NCBI GenBank assembly: GCA_038087875.1
Contig: JAXLNO010000510.1
Span: 1-38,859, forward strand
DNA length: 38,859 bases
Direction of reading: 5' to 3'
Origin: Malacoraja senta
Taxonomy: Eukaryota
Positions 35,431 to 38,859 of the stretch are shown one piece after another. Numbering within the stretch: the first letter of the stretch is position 1; every line of letters starts with the position of its first letter. The notes under the pieces are model-generated. The model was not told where the DNA came from. It worked only from the letters and a program-made list of their open reading frames with translations, and did no database searches. The position numbers and the translations under genes are program-made.

Positions 35431-35589
35431 TATCATAGTCATAGAATGATACAGTGTGGAAACAGGCGCTTCGGCCCTACTTGCCCACACCGGCCAACAT
35501 GTCCCAGCTACACTAGTCCCACCTGCCTGCGTTCAGCCCATATCCCTCCAAACCTGACCTATACATGTATTAATCACCAACTACATTTC

Positions 35590-36088
35590 ATAAGTTCATA
35601 AGGTATAGGAGCAGAATTAGGCCATTCAGCCCATCCAGTCTACCCTGTCATTCGATCACGGCTGATCTATCTTTCCTTCTCAACCCCATTCTCCTGCCTT
35701 CTCCACATAATGGTTGACACCCGTACTAGATCTGACAATCTCTGCCTTAAAATATCCATTGACTTGGCCTCCACAGCCATCTGTGGCAATGAATTCCACA
35801 GATTCACCACCCTCTGACTACAGAAATTCATCCTCATCTCCTTTCTAAAGGTACATCCTTTTATTCTGAGGCTGTGATCTCTGGTCCTAGACTCTCCCAC
35901 TAGTGGAAACATCCTCTCCACATCCACTCTATCCAAGCCTTTCACTTTTCAGCAAGTTTCAATGAGGTCTCCCTCATCCTTCTAAACTCCAGCGAGTACA
36001 GGCCCAGTGCTGTCAAACGCTCATCATATGTTAACCCACTCATTCCTGTGTTCATTCTCGTAAACCTCCTCTGGACCCTCTCCAACGG
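35590..36088 (-). mobile_element. CR1-type LINE 3' fragment
   Basis: KGLDRVDVERMFPLVGESRTR...QRVVNLWNSLPQ. Confidence 0.9.
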
Positions 36089-36754
36089 TAATTCCTAGTT
36101 TCTAATCTTCCCAAGAGTTTGTTATCAGGAACAATTGACATTTTCTGCATTGTCATCCCTCTGTAATGCCTGTTTCAAATTTAGCCTGTGGATTGAAAGA
36201 CTCAGCAGGCCGGGCAGTATCTGTGTGGAAAGAACCAGGTTTCCTTGGATGTTGTCTGAACCACTGACTGATTCCAGCATTTTCTGTTACTGTGGGTTTC
36301 CAGCATCGGCATTATGTTGTCTTCATTCCCTGGTAGTGTGAATGTTGGGAGTTGTGGGTTCATCCCTGCTGAGGTCATTGGAGATTGAAGGTGAAGTCTC
36401 CATCATTGCTGGAGAAACACAGCACTCGTCTGGATCAGACCCACTGTGTCACAATTATGGGCCATTGCCTGAATCTTGCATCAGGATTGCTGATAAACCG
36501 TTCTCATCAAACCTATGCCTACTGGTTCTTTATTCCCCTACTCTGTGTAAAATATTCTGCATTCATCCGATCTATTCCTCTCATGACCTGCTGCCTGAAT
36601 TAATCAAATCATGTCCGAATACAGAAAGTATCTTTTAAATTCTTCATCAGCCAGGAACACCAAACACAGCCTGAAGTGAGGGTTTGAGTTGAATCAGCAG
36701 ATTGACTAGACTCCAGTTCATTCACAGCCACATAACCATGAAGAGGGACTTGAG

Positions 36755-37240
36755 GGCCTGAGCTACAGAGGGATGTGATGTTATATTGTACAAGACATTG
36801 GTCATTTGCAGCATCATGTACACTTGTGGTCATTAAGCTGGAAAGAGTGCAGAAAAGATTTACAAGGATGTAGGCGGGGCTTGAGGGCATTGGGCAGGCC
36901 AGGACTTTATTCCTTGGAGTGCAGTCTCTTGCCCAGAGTTGGGGAATCGAGGACCAGAGGACATAGGTTCAAGGTGAAGGGGAAAAGATTTAATTGGAAT
37001 GTGAAGGGGTAACTTTTTCACACAATGGGTGGTGGGTGAATGGAACGAGCTGCCACAGGAGGTAGTTGAGGCTGGGACTATCCCAACGTTGAAGAAACAG
37101 TTAGATAGGTACATGGATAGGACAGGTTTGGAGGGAAATGGACCAAGTGCAGGCAGGTGGGACTAGTGTAGCTGGGACATGTTGGCCGGTGTAGGCAAGT
37201 TGGGCCGAAGGGCCTGTTTCCATGCTGTATCACTATGACT
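36755..37240 (+). mobile_element. CR1-type LINE 3' fragment
   Basis: LERVQKRFTRM; ESRTRGHRFKVKG; shared tail. Confidence 0.88.
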
Positions 37241-37329
37241 ATCACTGCAGTTTAGACAGCGAGCAGCATTGACAAGTTGATTGTTGGCCTTTGATGGATG
37301 AATGTAGAACATCACGGCACGGGGACAGG

Positions 37330-37725
37330 CCGAAGATAGACACAAAAAGCTGGAGTAACACAGGCAGCATGTCTGGAGAGAAGGAACGGGTGACGTTTCG
37401 GGGTCGAGACCCTTCTTCAGACGAGTCAGGGGAAAGGGAAATAGGAGATACAGACGATGATGTAGAGAGATATAGAGCAACAAATGAAAAATATACAATG
37501 GAGTAAGAATGATGAAAGAACCAGGCCATTGTTAGCTGTTTGTTGGGTACGACGTGGGTAGGGTAGGGATAGAGAGCGAGGGAATGACGGGGTTATTTGA
37601 AGGGTCTTGACCCAAAATGTCTCCTATTTCTTTTCTCCAGAGATGCTGCCTGTCCTGTGGAGATACTCCAGCTTTTTGTGTCTATCTTCGGTTTAAACCA
37701 GCATCTGCAGTTGCTTCCTACACAA
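37330..37725. mobile_element. Penelope-derived element with inverted termini
   Basis: CCGAAGATAGACACAAAAAGCTGGAGTA ... TACTCCAGCTTTTTGTGTCTATCTTCGG. Confidence 0.75.
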
Positions 37726-37844
37726 GAACAGGCCCTTCAGCCCACAATGTCTGTGCTGAACATGTTGCCAAGACCATCTCTTATCTACCTGCACACAGTG
37801 CACTTACATCCATCCCCTGCATATCCTTTTAGAGTGATCAATGT

Positions 37845-38345
37845 TGAGTTGAGTTTATTGTCACATGTACAGTGAAACGCCTTTGTTGCTCGCTATCCAG
37901 TCAGCAGGAAGACAAGACATGATTACATTGGAGCCATTTACAGTGTACAGATACATGATAAGGGGAACATTGTGAATAACATTTAGTGCAAGATAAAGCC
38001 AGTAAAATCCGATCAAAGATAGTCTGAGGGTCTCCAATGAGGTCGGTGGTAGTTCAGGACTGCTCTCTAGTTGTGGTTGGATGGTTCAGTTGCCTGATAA
38101 CAGCTGGGAAGAAACTGTCCCTGAATCAGGAGGTGTGCGTTTTCACACTTCTGTACCTTTTGCCCGATGGGAGAGGAGTGGCCATGGTGCGACTGGTCCT
38201 TGATGATGCTGCTGGCCTTGATCATGCTGCTGGCCTTGATCATGCTGCTGGCCTTGCCGAGGCAGCGCGAGGTGTAGATGGAGTCAATGGAATGATTCAT
38301 GGGCTGGTCTGCGTCCAAAATTCTCTGGAATTTATTGCCGTCTTG
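37845..38345 (-). mobile_element. Rex1/Babar-type LINE 3' fragment
   Basis: IYTSRCLGKASSIIKD.SH.GH motif and the shared 3' UTR; contains an 18-bp triplication. Confidence 0.75.
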
Positions 38346-38859
38346 AATGGAGCTTCCATCGGCCCACTTGCCCACTTGCCCACACCGACCAACCTGCCCC
38401 ATCCACGCCAGTCCCACCTGCCCACTTGCCCACACCGACCAACCTGCCCCATCCACGCCAGTCCCACCTGCCTGTGTTTGGCCCATATCCCTCTGAACCT
38501 GCCCTATCCATGTACCCGTCTAAATGTTTCTTAAACGTTAAACGTTGCAATGTTTTTGCCTATCCAAATGTCTCTTAAACACCACTATCGTATCTGATTG
38601 TATCACCTCTCCCGGCTGTGTGTGCCTGGCACTCACCACCCTCAGTGTGAGCTGTGTTGTCAGTATTTTTCATTTCAGCTGGCACTAATATCTATATATT
38701 ATGGGGTGTTGGATAAATGGGCTCTTGTGCTGAGTGTGTAGGAAGGAACTGCAGATGCTGGTTTACACTGAAGATAGACTCACAATGCCGGAGTAACTCA
38801 GTGGGACAGGCAGCATCTCTGGAGGGAAGGAATGGGTGACGTACCATTTTGAGACGTCA

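Noticed and set aside
38370..38472. About 50-bp direct duplication
   Set aside because: Local tandem duplication within a CR1 tail; unremarkable.

Overview
Repeat-saturated, non-prokaryotic sequence, inferred to be an elasmobranch (shark/skate-like) intronic or intergenic region. The basis is abundant HE1/V-SINE-type SINEs, CR1-type LINE 3' ends sharing their tail, and Rex1/Babar, L2, Tx1, Ingi/Vingi, Penelope-like and Harbinger-type MITE sequences. No complete host gene is recognisable, and nearly all ORFs in the track are LINE remnants or low-complexity artefacts. The best observation is a 138-bp minus-strand retroelement (28651-28788) with an exact 11-bp target-site duplication (TSD) and a (GAA)n tail. 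Its first 52 nt fold into a minimal HDV/CPEB3-like self-cleaving ribozyme whose predicted cleavage site coincides with the element's 5' end. A 5'-truncated Ingi/Vingi LINE with a similar (GAA)n tail lies about 9 kb away and is a plausible partner family. Penelope-derived elements carry many minimal hammerhead-ribozyme-like cores, some in long palindromes. Several nested insertions with readable TSDs, a minisatellite with higher-order structure, an array of hairpin-forming repeats and a few weak splice-site-defined exon candidates are also present. Family names come from recognising motifs, not from database searches, and the boundaries of degenerate copies are approximate.
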